From Ginkgo biloba (lineage: Eukaryota > Plantae > Ginkgophyta), in assembly GCA_024626585.2 (NCBI GenBank), contig JANKJI020000004.1, positions 103,816,022 to 103,835,922 on the forward strand: 19,901 nucleotides of DNA, read 5' to 3'. The translations under genes were made by a program, and so were the position numbers. Below the pieces are notes generated by a model, which did no database searches, was not told where the DNA came from, and saw nothing but the letters and a program-made list of their open reading frames with translations. Below, piece by piece: positions 1-10,211 of the stretch (position 1 is its first letter; each line of letters starts with the position of its first letter).

Positions 1-2
1 CA

Positions 3-114
3 GAAAAAAGATAAAAGTTGAATATTCAAGGAAAAAGATGAACATTGAGTTGGTTATTTTGGAAAAAGATAAAAGTTAATTGTTCAAAGAAAAAGAAAAA
101 ATAATAGTTGGTTG
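3..114. repeat. Degenerate tandem duplication, ~58-bp unit
   Basis: gaaaaa(a)gataaaagtt...ttcaa.gaaaaaga...agttggtt occurs twice in tandem. Confidence 0.75.
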
Positions 115-2063
115 TCTAGTGATGATAAAAAAGACCCCTTTCATTTTTTATTCAAATGACATGAAACTCCAACTAGTATTATTTTCTCATTTGCATGATA
201 GTAGGTCATCTCCCAGTGGGAAAGTGTCTAGCTTCTACTCTAGTTCTTCATGGGTTTCATGAACTTCTTAATAACAACAAAAACCAAAAAATTCTCTCTC
301 ATCATGCATAATAAAAAACTTCTTAACTCCTCCATTCCTCTCCTTTCAAAAAATTTTTTTTTTCACACTTAGCTTCAAACGAATTCCAATCTTGATGTGA
401 ATGGTGAGAGAGGCCCACAAGTGGATCCTCTTAATATGATCAAGGTCACTTAATGATAATATCTCATTCATGGTATCTGAAGACCTTAATTGAGCCATGC
501 TTATAATGAGCAGTCATAATCAAGATATATTTTACCTCGATCATATTATTAACATGCCTTGTTTGATACCTTGATCATGGTATTTTTATACCTAAATGAA
601 GGTCTCTATAGGCAATATATAAATCAATTAAGATCGTCTTCAAGCATGTCAATGAACCTTTATTTGATTAGAAGTCATTAATTGAGCTATGATGTGTTAA
701 CCTAGATGGATATAATATCTAGATATAATATCGAAGATACCTTGATTGAGGTACTCTTCATTACTCTAACACTATGCTTTTGATTAAGGGTCATTTTCGC
801 TTCTAAGAGAGAAAATATTGAGTGATAGTGAGTTACAAAAATTACAACAAAGCACAACCAAAATATTGATTAAAACCTTTTAATTAATTATCCTTGTTGT
901 GATTTTGACATGTTATCATGTTTGGGGACACTCTTATAATTATGTTCAATGAGATATTTATCTAGGGATAGAGTGAGGAGTCATAGGATATGGTTTCAAC
1001 ATCTAGTTTTGATGCACCAAGTACTATAGGGACATTTATAATTATGGGAATGATACATGACAAGATATAAGGGCCCATAATACATCACCCAGTAGATTTA
1101 GAGGGTGTTACTACTAGTGATCATGATCCATTACCCATTTTCATGTTACACCTATAGCTTGAGATCAGTATTGGTCTATGATTAATGGTGATATTCAAGC
1201 ATTGGTGTATAGTGTTGCACAAATGCATCTAATGTCACTAACATCATTACATTACTATAGAGTCTCATTAACCATGTCGATCATATGGATGACTATCTAT
1301 GTCATTTTGACACTAGTCTCGATGATGGCCATAGACTCACACATAATTAGGTTGATGCATTCATGTCATATGATATGATTGCGAGTATTTTTTTTTATAT
1401 CCACATGACTGTCCATATTGTCGAACNNNNNNNNNNNNNNNNNNNNNNNNNNNNNNNNNNNNNNNNNNNNNNNNNNNNNNNNNNNNNNTATATTATTTTG
1501 TACCTATTGTGGGACCCACCACAACCTACAAATTCTTGCATATTTTTTTATGAAGCTACATGCATATGATATTTTATAGTAGAATATAGATTCAATAGTC
1601 ATCACCCTTATCATGGATATGGAGGGAGGAGATAGAATGATTATGCAAAGAGGAATACCAATACCACCGCCACCACCTACTATTATACTGATATTATATG
1701 AGTTTATACATAACTACACCCCTTAGGTAGTACAGGNNNNNNNNNNNNNNNNNNNNNNNNNNNNNNNNNNNNNNNNNNNNNNNNNNNNNNNNNNNNNNNN
1801 NNNNNNNNNNNNNNNNNNNNNNNNNNNNNNNNNNNNTCATTTTTCTTAATGAAGTATAAATGATCACATTTGCAATCACATAAACAAGATTGCCTAACAT
1901 TGAGATTAAAACCAAGAACTCTATATTAGTGTTGCACATCCCCCCTATAAGGTTCTTTCAACAAATCTAAGATAAAATGGATTTCTAATCTAGGGACCTA
2001 ATTAGCCTAAAAGAAAGGTAAGTTCTAACTAGTTTAGTGAGTCGATCATGTAAGAATTGTCCA

Positions 2064-3290
2064 TGTAATAGCCTACTTTCCTACTCCTACAAAGAATCAT
2101 CATAAGTAAAAAGTTAACGTTAAAAAATAATTATTAAAATGAGGCTATTTAGGCTAAGTAATAGACATAATTAACTCAATATATTAAATATGCATGGAAA
2201 TCATATAATTTAGGAATATAATTAATATCACCATAAATATTTATTTATGTTAGTTGATGATTTGTTAGTAAAAATTAGTAGGAAATGATTATTAGGAGGA
2301 AGGAATGTAGTTTAAGTTATAAAACCATTTATTGGTGATGGGAACCGCCTCTTAGTCTTAAACAAATCTCAAGTGAATAAATGCAACTACTATCCTATAT
2401 CTGATATTATTAAACTCATAGAGTACACATCTTAATCCCATTCAATTAAGGATGTTAGTTGTAGGATAATAAGGAAACTTTGGCATCATGGATAGCCTCT
2501 GAATCAAGAGATCTACTCAACCCATACTAATAGTTATTCATCTTTTGGATTCAAACCCTAAATCTACACCAATATCCCTAAATTAAAAACCCTATTAATT
2601 TTATTGCTAAACTAACAAGCCATGAATGTATGGCTACAACAATATAATATACCTTAATGACTACACCAATAGTCATTATCCCTATAGTTATACCTATACC
2701 TATGACTGGTAGAAATGAGCATAGGGAATAAATTGAGCTTCATTAGCATAAGCCAATATCAATAAATCTTATACACTATGTAAATAAGATAATAAATACC
2801 TCCAAATGAGGCACCTTAATTGAAGTTATTAAACTATCCCCCAGATGGTCTTAATAAGTTCCTTAAACTTCCCTAAGTTAAGTCACTAGGGTTTTTATAG
2901 GTAGAGTAAGGGTTTCAACCAAATTTTTAAGATAGCAAGTATGCTAAAAATAAAATGTACTCTAATATTATAGTAAGTAAACATAATGAAAAACCCTTAT
3001 GAATATGGGTTCCCTACTTTAATGTTTATATTCCATCCATTAGATAGGCTTAGAATCTCACAAACCAATCATAAAATACAAAAAAACAAAAAAAATCATA
3101 AAATGCTAAAATTAATCCATATAATTATTCTAGAAATCATAAATAAATNNNNNNNNNNNNNNNNNNNNNNNNATCACTTACATATGTCAAGATTTACCTA
3201 GAGTAATTGATACCAAGTACCTTTCAAAATATTTGAATGTTGTATGATGCCACCTAATCGTCCTCCAAAAACTAGTGACTAGTATACAAT
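2064..3290 (-). repeat. Long LTR, copy 1 (direct repeat of 10212-11441); may extend to the gap at 3444
   Basis: Colinear with 10212-11441 over ~1.2 kb (17 mismatches in the first ~100 nt by manual count). Similarity starts abruptly at TGTAATAGCC, i.e. minus-strand ...GGCTATTACA, a typical LTR terminus. Conserved minus-strand TATAAAAA at 2892-2899. Confidence 0.85.
2892..2899 (-). promoter_or_regulatory. Putative LTR TATA box (conserved in copy 2 at 11050-11057)
   Basis: TATAAAAACCCTAG on the minus strand is identical in both LTR copies. Confidence 0.5.
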
Positions 3291-4614
3291 CTAAATTTAT
3301 GAAATCCATTAGTTCTAGAAAGGTTCATTGGGACTCTAAAATGGATGGGACTTTGTAGAATTTATTCGATGGGCCTCTAAAATCCCTAAAAATTGAAATG
3401 AAGTGCTCCAATGAAATTTCCCTCTAGTAAACATTAGTTTTGANNNNNNNNNNNNNNNNNNNNNNNNNNNNNNNNNNNNNNNNNNNNNNNNNNNNNNNNN
3501 NNNNNNNNNNNNNNNNNNNNNNNNNNNNNNNNNNNNNNNNNNNACCCCAATGGAGCATTCAATGAAAATCATTCTTCTCTCTCATCTCTTGTATCCAATT
3601 GTTTCTTCCTTTATGTTGTTCTGCATATCTGAACAATATGTTCTAGGATTTTAATACAACAAAATGCAACAAGGTTAAGAAGGGATCAAAACACCCCGAC
3701 TAAGCAAAAAGCTCTAATAGAGCAGGAAGCTATGCAATTATTGCAAGTTGCAACAAAATGTAGTTAAAGTTTGAAGCTTTCAAAAGGCTATGAAAGGTAT
3801 AAAATCTAATAACAAAGGGTAGTACGTGTCGCAAGTTGTAGCTATGTGAGTAAAATTTAAAAGGTGTGCAAAAGCTAGCGATCAAGTAAAAGTGTGAGAA
3901 GAAGCATAATTTGACGGCTTAGATTAAAATGCACAAAAATCTAAAATAGTGATTGGTAACTTAAAGCAAAGTCATGTGAACAACATGGTGACATTAATGC
4001 TTAAATTAAGCCAAATTATTATAAACAACAGGTAGATTGCAAAAAATCTCATAGAGTGATAATTGAGACTGGAGATTTTAGGGCGACTGTGTGAATTTGG
4101 TGATTACAGAGTTGTGTGCAAATATTTTGTGCATTCTAAGGAGGATATTGAACTAAGTTGATTCTAAGGTGATTGGGGAGGTATTAGTGATCTTAAAGGA
4201 ATTTAGGAGTTTTGGAAGGATGGTTAAAAAATAATGCTTTTCATACATTGCTGACCTTACAAAGGATAATCCAATGTCCTAACTTGGTAAAGAACATAAT
4301 ATATGCTATAGGAATTGAAAGAATCAATTTGGTTGTGAAATTTATGGATATGGATGCAGCGACCATTTCTTCTATATTTGGAATTCCAAATGAATGAAAG
4401 ATAAAAAAATTGTATTTAGAAAAGATATGGTATACAATACATCAGCAAGGGGATGTTAACAAAGTACTAACTAAATTATGAAGAGTCTAAAGGATGGAAT
4501 TGATAAATTGGTACACCTAGATGGCATTGTAAGGAACCCATTTGAAGTAGCTTCCATTAGAGTGATAAGGATCCCAGGATTGATAGATTCCTCAAATTTG
4601 CTAATGGAATGGAT

Positions 4615-5219
4615 TAAAATTATATTTTATACTCTAACTCATCTATATATTGGACCATAACCCTATAATTATACCAAATGATACCATTCATAGTACTCAC
4701 ATTAAAAATATCATTAGCATCCTGAATGGATTGCATAGTTCTTGGCAATAATTATCACTCTTTTATGCCTCAACTATTTATTTACTTAAGGTTCCCTCAA
4801 CCACTAAAACACTATTCACTTATGGTATCCTCGATAAAGCATTCATAAATAAATTTTTATTTCTATCCCTATATATGAATCTGGGTTTAAATTCTTTAAA
4901 TAGCATGGCCCACCTATACTACCTAGACCCTAATTATCCCTTAGGTGGAAAATATAAAAGTGGTTTGTGATATATTATTACCTAAGAATTATTANNNNNN
5001 NNNNNNNNNNNNNNNNNNNNNNNNNNNNNNNNNNNNNNNNNNNNNNNNNNNNNNNNNNATATGGGATAACCTTACTTATCTTCATTCATTTTATATATTT
5101 CATACGCCATTACCTTTCTACCTTGATTTAGGATAGCTCCAATAGCTAGCCCATTAACATTAGTAAAAATGGTGAAAGGATTCGAGACATCAGGTAAGGT
5201 TAAAATAGGGGCCTCTATA
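4615..5219 (-). mobile_element. Second degenerate Gypsy fragment (RNase H plus linker before integrase), same family as 6576-7160; copy B
   Basis: IEAPILTLPDVSNPFTIFTNVNGLAIGAILNQGRKVMAYE (ORF 5072-5254) is the Gypsy RNase H N-terminus. Colinear nucleotide similarity to copy A: cttaaggttccctc (~4785 vs ~6736), ccctt.ggtggaaaata.aa (~4938 vs ~6885), ttataccaaa (~4669 vs ~6619). Left limit approximate. Confidence 0.9.
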
Positions 5220-5650
5220 TGAATAAAACTGATAAACTGATATAAGAGAAGCAATTATAATAGAATATTAAAATAAAAAAGAAATAAACTAATAAGAGCA
5301 CATCCACATAGAATACATAAGAGATTTTTCCCTAGGAAACCCTTTTAGGAAAAAATCCAATAAAACAACACTTAATTATATTACATATCAAAATAAGTTC
5401 TCCAAATATCCCTCAATCTCTTCCTCTATATTTATTCTCCATTATACATACTCTCCTCTATAATACACGAGTATTTATAAACACTCCAATATAAGAAACT
5501 ACCAAGTGATAATGCATAATTATGTCTAAAAAACCATGGGCCCATATAACAGCCCAAAAAATTTTCCCACTGAACCCACCAATTATGGAAAGGTGTACAT
5601 TCTATAGGGGTGTAACATCTATATTANNNNNNNNNNNNNNATATCCAACA
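5220..5650 (-). repeat. Copia 3' LTR (~430 bp)
   Basis: Starts TGTTGGATAT at 5650 after the PPT, has TATAAATA at 5472-5479 (minus), and ends ...CAGTTTTATTCA at 5220 where Gypsy homology resumes. Alternative CA ends are at 5230 or 5238. Confidence 0.8.
5472..5479 (-). promoter_or_regulatory. Putative TATA box in Copia LTR
   Basis: TATAAATA on the minus strand, mid-LTR, in the element's sense orientation. Confidence 0.5.
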
Positions 5651-5662
5651 TTATCCCACTCG
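5651..5662 (-). other. Polypurine tract of the Copia element
   Basis: Minus strand CGAGTGGGATAA lies ~35 nt after the pol stop and directly before TGTTGG, the canonical PPT/3' LTR junction. Confidence 0.8.
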
Positions 5663-5694
5663 TTGAATAGTATGCAATCCATGCATACATAAAA

Positions 5695-6475
5695 TCAATT
5701 CCTGGAAGAAGTTATACCCATTGATATCCTACACCAAGATAACTTTTTAGTACTAAAAAACTTTGTCAATGACTCAGTAGAATTATTCAAGGTATCAACC
5801 TTCTGCAATAGCACCTTATTCTCTTTAATCATTTCTCTAACAAAATAATACTTCACAAAAATATTTTTAGACTGAGAATGGTAAGTAGGGTTCTTCGCCA
5901 AATAGATTATACTTTGACTATTGCANNNNNNNNNNNNNNNNNNNNNNNNTAATATCTAAACATAGCCTATGTAACCATACATCTTCCTTACATATATGAG
6001 TGTCTCCCATATACTCAAATTCTATATTCAATAATGCAATAACTTCCTACCTCTTTCTCATCTAGTTGACTACACCACCAAATAGGTTAAACATATAACC
6101 ACATGTAGATATTCAATAATCAAGATATCTAACCTAGTCTACATCAATAAAACCTTTTACATATACTTCTCTATGCTAACTAGTTCTTCCTTGGTAGAAG
6201 ATTGCATATTCTGAAGTTCCATGTAGATATTTGAAGGCCCTTTTCATAATAGTCTAGTGTTCTTTCCTTTGTTTGACATATATCTTCTCATAATTCCCAC
6301 TACATGGGAAGCGTACAGTTTAGTACAGACCATGGTATACATCATACTTCCAACAATAGTTACATAAGGGACACATGGCATGTCCTCAATATCTTATTGT
6401 ATCTTTGGAAACTATTCTTCAGATAACTTTAAACTAATAGGAATAGGAATATTGACAATCTTGCATTCATGCATT
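5695..6475 (-). pseudogene. Copia pol relic (RT C-terminus plus RNase H)
   Basis: Decayed matches to the Copia consensus motifs VPYASAVGSLMYAMVCTRPD, GFVDADWAGD, ALSTTEAEY, AKNP.YH..TKHIDV.YHFVR and N.ADSLTK. Several in-frame stops and at least one frameshift. Confidence 0.93.
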
Positions 6476-7199
6476 NNNNNNNNNNNNNNNNNNNNNNNNN
6501 NNNNNNNNNNNNNNNNNNNNNNNNNNNNNNNNNNNNNNNNNNNNNNNNNNNNNNNNNNNNNNNNNNNNNNNNNNNATTATATTTTAATTCAACTATGTCT
6601 GGGACTACAATCCTGTCATTATACCAAAGGATTCCATCATTTACACTTATATTGGGAACATCAGCACCCCCTCCAATATCTTGCACAACTTCTTGACACC
6701 ACTTGTCAACCTTTTGTGCATCCGTTATTTCTTTTCTTAAGGTTCCCTCGACCATTGAAACACTTTTTACTTTTGGCATTCTTAAAAGAGAATTTGCANN
6801 NNNNNNNNNNNNNNNNNNNNNNNNAACTTGGGTCTAAATTCCTTAAAAAACATAACCCATTTGTACTATCTAGACCTTAATTCTCCCTTGGGTGGAAAAT
6901 ACAAGAGAGGTTTATGATTAGTTATCACCTCAAATTCATTATTTTGCAAATAACATTTCCATATCTTGATTGCATGCACTACTACTAACAACTCTCGGTC
7001 ATATATGGGATGCCTTTTCTTAGCTTCATTCATTTTATGACTTTAATAAGACATTACCTTTCCATCCTAAGTTAGGATATCCCAATAGTTACCTCACTTA
7101 CATTAGTCAAGATGGTAAAAGGTTTAGAGACATATGGCAAGGTCAAAATAGGGTATTCTATTAATTTCTACTTAATAAATTTAAAGTTAATTTAACATT

Positions 7200-7920
7200 G
7201 ACCAATCCATTTAAACCTTATAGACTTATTAATAAATTGAGTTAAAGGATCAACTAATTTAGAGAAATTTAAAATAATTTTTATATAAAAACTTACAAGG
7301 CCTAGGAAGCTCCTTACCTCATGTACACTTTCTGGTGTCTTTCACTCTTTGATGACATTTATCTTCTTTATATCCATATAAATACCCTTGAATGAAACTA
7401 TATGACTGAGGTTCTCAAATTTATCTTAGAATAAATCACATTTGGAGATATTCACATACAAATTTTATCCCCTAAGGACATCCAACGCCTTCCATAATTG
7501 CTCCTGATATTCTTCTTTTTATTTGTTAAGAATTATAATATTATTGAGGAATACTACTAAATACTTTCCTAAGAAATATTTGAGCACATTAATCATAATC
7601 CTTATAAAGGTGTATGGTTATTTATCAAACTAAACATAATCATTGAATACTCATAGTGCATTTCTCTCATCTTACTAGATATTTTCTTATATGGATCCTT
7701 ATTCAAAGGTATCCACTTAGTAAGTCTATCTTTGAAAATAAAATGGATCCCCTCATAGTATATGCAATGTCATATATCCTTGAAAAATGATATTTGTCTT
7801 TGATTATTACTTTTTTCAGGGCCCTGTAATCAACACACATCCTCATCAATCCATAATTTTTCTTCACAAGTAAAACCAATGTGCCATATGAAAACTTGGA
7901 AGGTTGTATTAAACCTTACT
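7200..7920 (-). pseudogene. Gypsy reverse transcriptase domain relic
   Basis: MRMCVDYRAL at 7817-7846; FSKIDL.SGY; HYEYSMIMFSLIN (decayed HYEY.VMPFGLTN); catalytic xxDD reads FLNN (7540-7551); thumb motif VRSFLGL.SFY. Confidence 0.93.
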
Positions 7921-8245
7921 CTAACATTTCCTAAATCTATCTTTCCACCTCTTCTTTCTCCCATAACTCAATCTATATGGAACTTGGTAGGGGGTTTGGA
8001 TCCATCCTCAAATACAATCTAATCATCAATTTCCTTTCCAATGGTAACTTATTTGGTAATTAATTATGGAATACATTGTTATACTCTTCTAACAACTAGG
8101 TCATCTCGAAAGGGATCTTCTTTTTCTTCTTTTAACTTAGATCACTTTTCTTAAGAATAGTCTAAAAGTATCATTACTATATTTCTTGGCTACTCTTTTC
8201 AATTATTGAATAGAATCTTATTATTGACTTTATCACCATATAATT

Positions 8246-8540
8246 TCATATTCTTACCTTTATAAAAGTGTAGTATATGGTCCCATGGAAAAATGTGTAT
8301 GTCATATTACCAAAGATATNNNNNNNNNNNNNNNNNNNNNNNNNNNNNNNNNNNNNNNNNNNNNNNNNNNNNNNNNNNNNNNNNNNNNNNNNNNNNNNNN
8401 NNNNNNNNNNNNNNNNNNNCCTAATATTATCACTTCTTGTAAAATCCTCAGACACAAAATTATATGTGTATATGTTATCCACCAAAATGAGTGCATCATG
8501 TCCATTAATTTTTCCTTTAATGATAAATAATTGTATATCA
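8246..8540 (-). pseudogene. Gypsy aspartic protease relic
   Basis: LFIIKGKINGHDALILVDNIYTYNFVSEDF resembles the retropepsin pattern G.ING....L.DSG.T.NF.S and lies between gag and RT; interrupted by gap 8320-8419. Confidence 0.8.
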
Positions 8541-8662
8541 TAGAATTTCTCAAAAGGTTTTAAACACACCTTTTGAGGTAAGGTTCTTCAAGGATGCTTC
8601 TCCTTATGAACCAATGCTACTAATTTCTATCCCTATGAAGGATTTCCTCCTTTTTTAAGGTA

Positions 8663-9500
8663 AGGACAATTTAGTTCAAATTCAGAACCTCCACATTCAA
8701 ATCATTTAATTGGTGGTTTGTTTTGTCCTTGGGTTCTTTCCCAAATCTTACCCTTTCCCTTTCCTCGACCTACTAAGTAGCAAGGGAAATTATTTTGTCT
8801 CTTCAAAAAATTTCCCCATCCTTACTTAAAGGGATTCTTTGAATTCATGGAGTATCTCTTCTCTAGAAGTGGTTTATTAAATAGATTTTCTATTTTGTTC
8901 CTCTCAATAACTTTTAGTTTCAAGGTAGTATTAAACACTTCTGCAACCATTTTAGGATTTGTACCAATAACACTTCTACTGATATAGTCTAAATGGCATG
9001 GCCAAGAGTGATAACCCATCAATCAACAAATCAAATTTATTACACTCTTGAATCATACCATGCTGGCTCAAGTTCAGCAACTGATTATATGCTTCTAATA
9101 AATCACTATATGGAGAATATTTATTGAGTATAATTTCCTTAATTTCATCCCAAGTGGTAATCTTAAGCCTCATCCCTTGATATATTTCTATAAGAATGCC
9201 ATTCCATCAATCCTTGGTAGGTCCTCTCTAAGTAAAATTAACCATTGGAACATTATTCTCCGTTTTAATTTTAAAAGACCCAAAATAGGTCTCAACACAT
9301 CTCTCCCAATGTCTAAAAGAGGTGCCAACATTCTTTCTATCATATTCAAGAATTTAGGAATTTTTCATATTCTTTATATATTAGAGGAGCTTCCATACCC
9401 TTTTGAATTCTACTATATTTTAGATCCATCTCACTATTAGATTCCTCCTCCTTATTCTACTCCTATAACTCCTATAGTTAATCCCATGGAAAAGCCTCTT
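8663..9500 (-). pseudogene. Gypsy gag relic (capsid-like region plus decayed CCHC knuckle)
   Basis: ITTWDEIKEIILNKYSPYSDLLEAYNQLLNLSQHG.IQE resembles the retrotransposon gag pattern TW..FK......F...........L..L.Q....V.EY. IK*FECGGSEFELNCP at ~8663-8710 fits a decayed C-X2-C-GG-X-H-X4-C-P. The 5' limit is approximate. Confidence 0.7.
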
Positions 9501-10211
9501 ATTTTGGTTCATATTTGGTATCTTAAGAAGCAAGTTCTTCCTCTATGGTTTCTAAGGCCTCGTGTTTCCTTTGATAGGTATAATTCTTCAAAGTCTCATC
9601 CTTTCCTTCTTTAAGCTCCTTAAGTTTAGACCTCATCAACTGAACCACTTCTTGTAATTACTTAAGAATTATCTCCATCCTAAANNNNNNNNNNNNNNNN
9701 NNNNNNNNNNNNNNNNNNNNNNNNNNNNNNNNNNNNNNNNNNNNNNNNNNNNNNNNNNNNNNNNNNNNNNNNNNNNNNNNNNNNGCATCGTCAGTTGTTG
9801 TCGCCAGATGAATCATGTCGTTAGTTTGCATTATTCGTTAGCGACGAATATCCTACAAACAATGATCATCCTCCATATGACTAGCTTCACAAACCAGAGT
9901 TGGCTAATTCTTATGTGGCTTCTTGACTTGCATTGATTAACCGTTCCACTAGATATTATTGATTACTCAATTCCTATATCCCTCATAGGATCATGCACCT
10001 TTTGCCTTCCAAAAAGTAAGCATTACCTTCATTAATCTAAATAAAGGTTCGTTAAATGACAATGCAGGTGCATTTCATCATGTGAAACTTCATTACAATA
10101 TCTTGGTGAGAGCTTTGCACATCTCCTTATAACAAGGGACTACCATATATAGTGACTCAACGAGTTCACACTATTTAAAATTCGTCATAAATTGATATAC
10201 TCCACAAAATA

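Larger units (their letters stand above)
5220..6475 (-). mobile_element. 3' portion of a degenerate Ty1/Copia LTR retrotransposon (Tnt1/Tork-TAR-like): RT C-terminus, RNase H, PPT, 3' LTR
   Basis: Minus strand reads MHECKIVNIPIPISLKLS...DMPCVPYVTIVGSMMYTMVCT...SHVVGIMRRYMS (RT), then GFIDVD*V..LD...STCGYMFNLFGGVVN*MRKR*EVIAL...EFEYM and AKNPTYHSQSKNIFVKYYFVREMI...VDTLNNSTESLTK (Copia RNase H). The PPT and a TG...CA LTR follow. The 5' part is lost at gap 6476-6575. Confidence 0.95.
6576..9684 (-). mobile_element. Degenerate Ty3/Gypsy LTR retrotransposon internal region (gag-protease-RT-RNase H-linker before integrase), chromovirus-like; copy A
   Basis: Manual minus-strand translation gives domains in Gypsy order. 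Gag-like ITTWDEIKEIILNKY (ORF 8976-9173), decayed Zn knuckle (8663-8704), protease ALILVDNIYTYNFVS (ORF 8246-8569). RT motifs GLIQPSKFSYGTLVLLVKKNYGLMRMCVDYRALKK (~7810-7916), FSKIDLLSGYL*IRI (~7690-7738), VVFLNNII (FLNN 7540-7551), VHEVRSFLGLVSFY (~7285-7327). RNase H PILTLPYVSKPFTILTN (~7100-7153) and VITNHKPLLYF (~6895-6930). Linker DGILWYNDRIVVP (ORF 6429-6779). Many stops and frameshifts; both ends abut 100-N gaps. Confidence 0.95.

Noticed and set aside
2051-2063. TGG directly after the LTR end at 2064 as a PBS
   Set aside because: TGGACAATTCTTA does not match a tRNA 3' end I recognise, and no gag follows.
6429-6779. Apparent Gypsy-Copia fusion ORF (116 aa, -)
   Set aside because: Spans a 100-N placeholder gap, and the residues after the gap are out of the Copia frame.
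6380-6880. Longest ORF in the track (166 aa, +)
   Set aside because: Antisense shadow of Copia and Gypsy pol, held open artificially by two N gaps.
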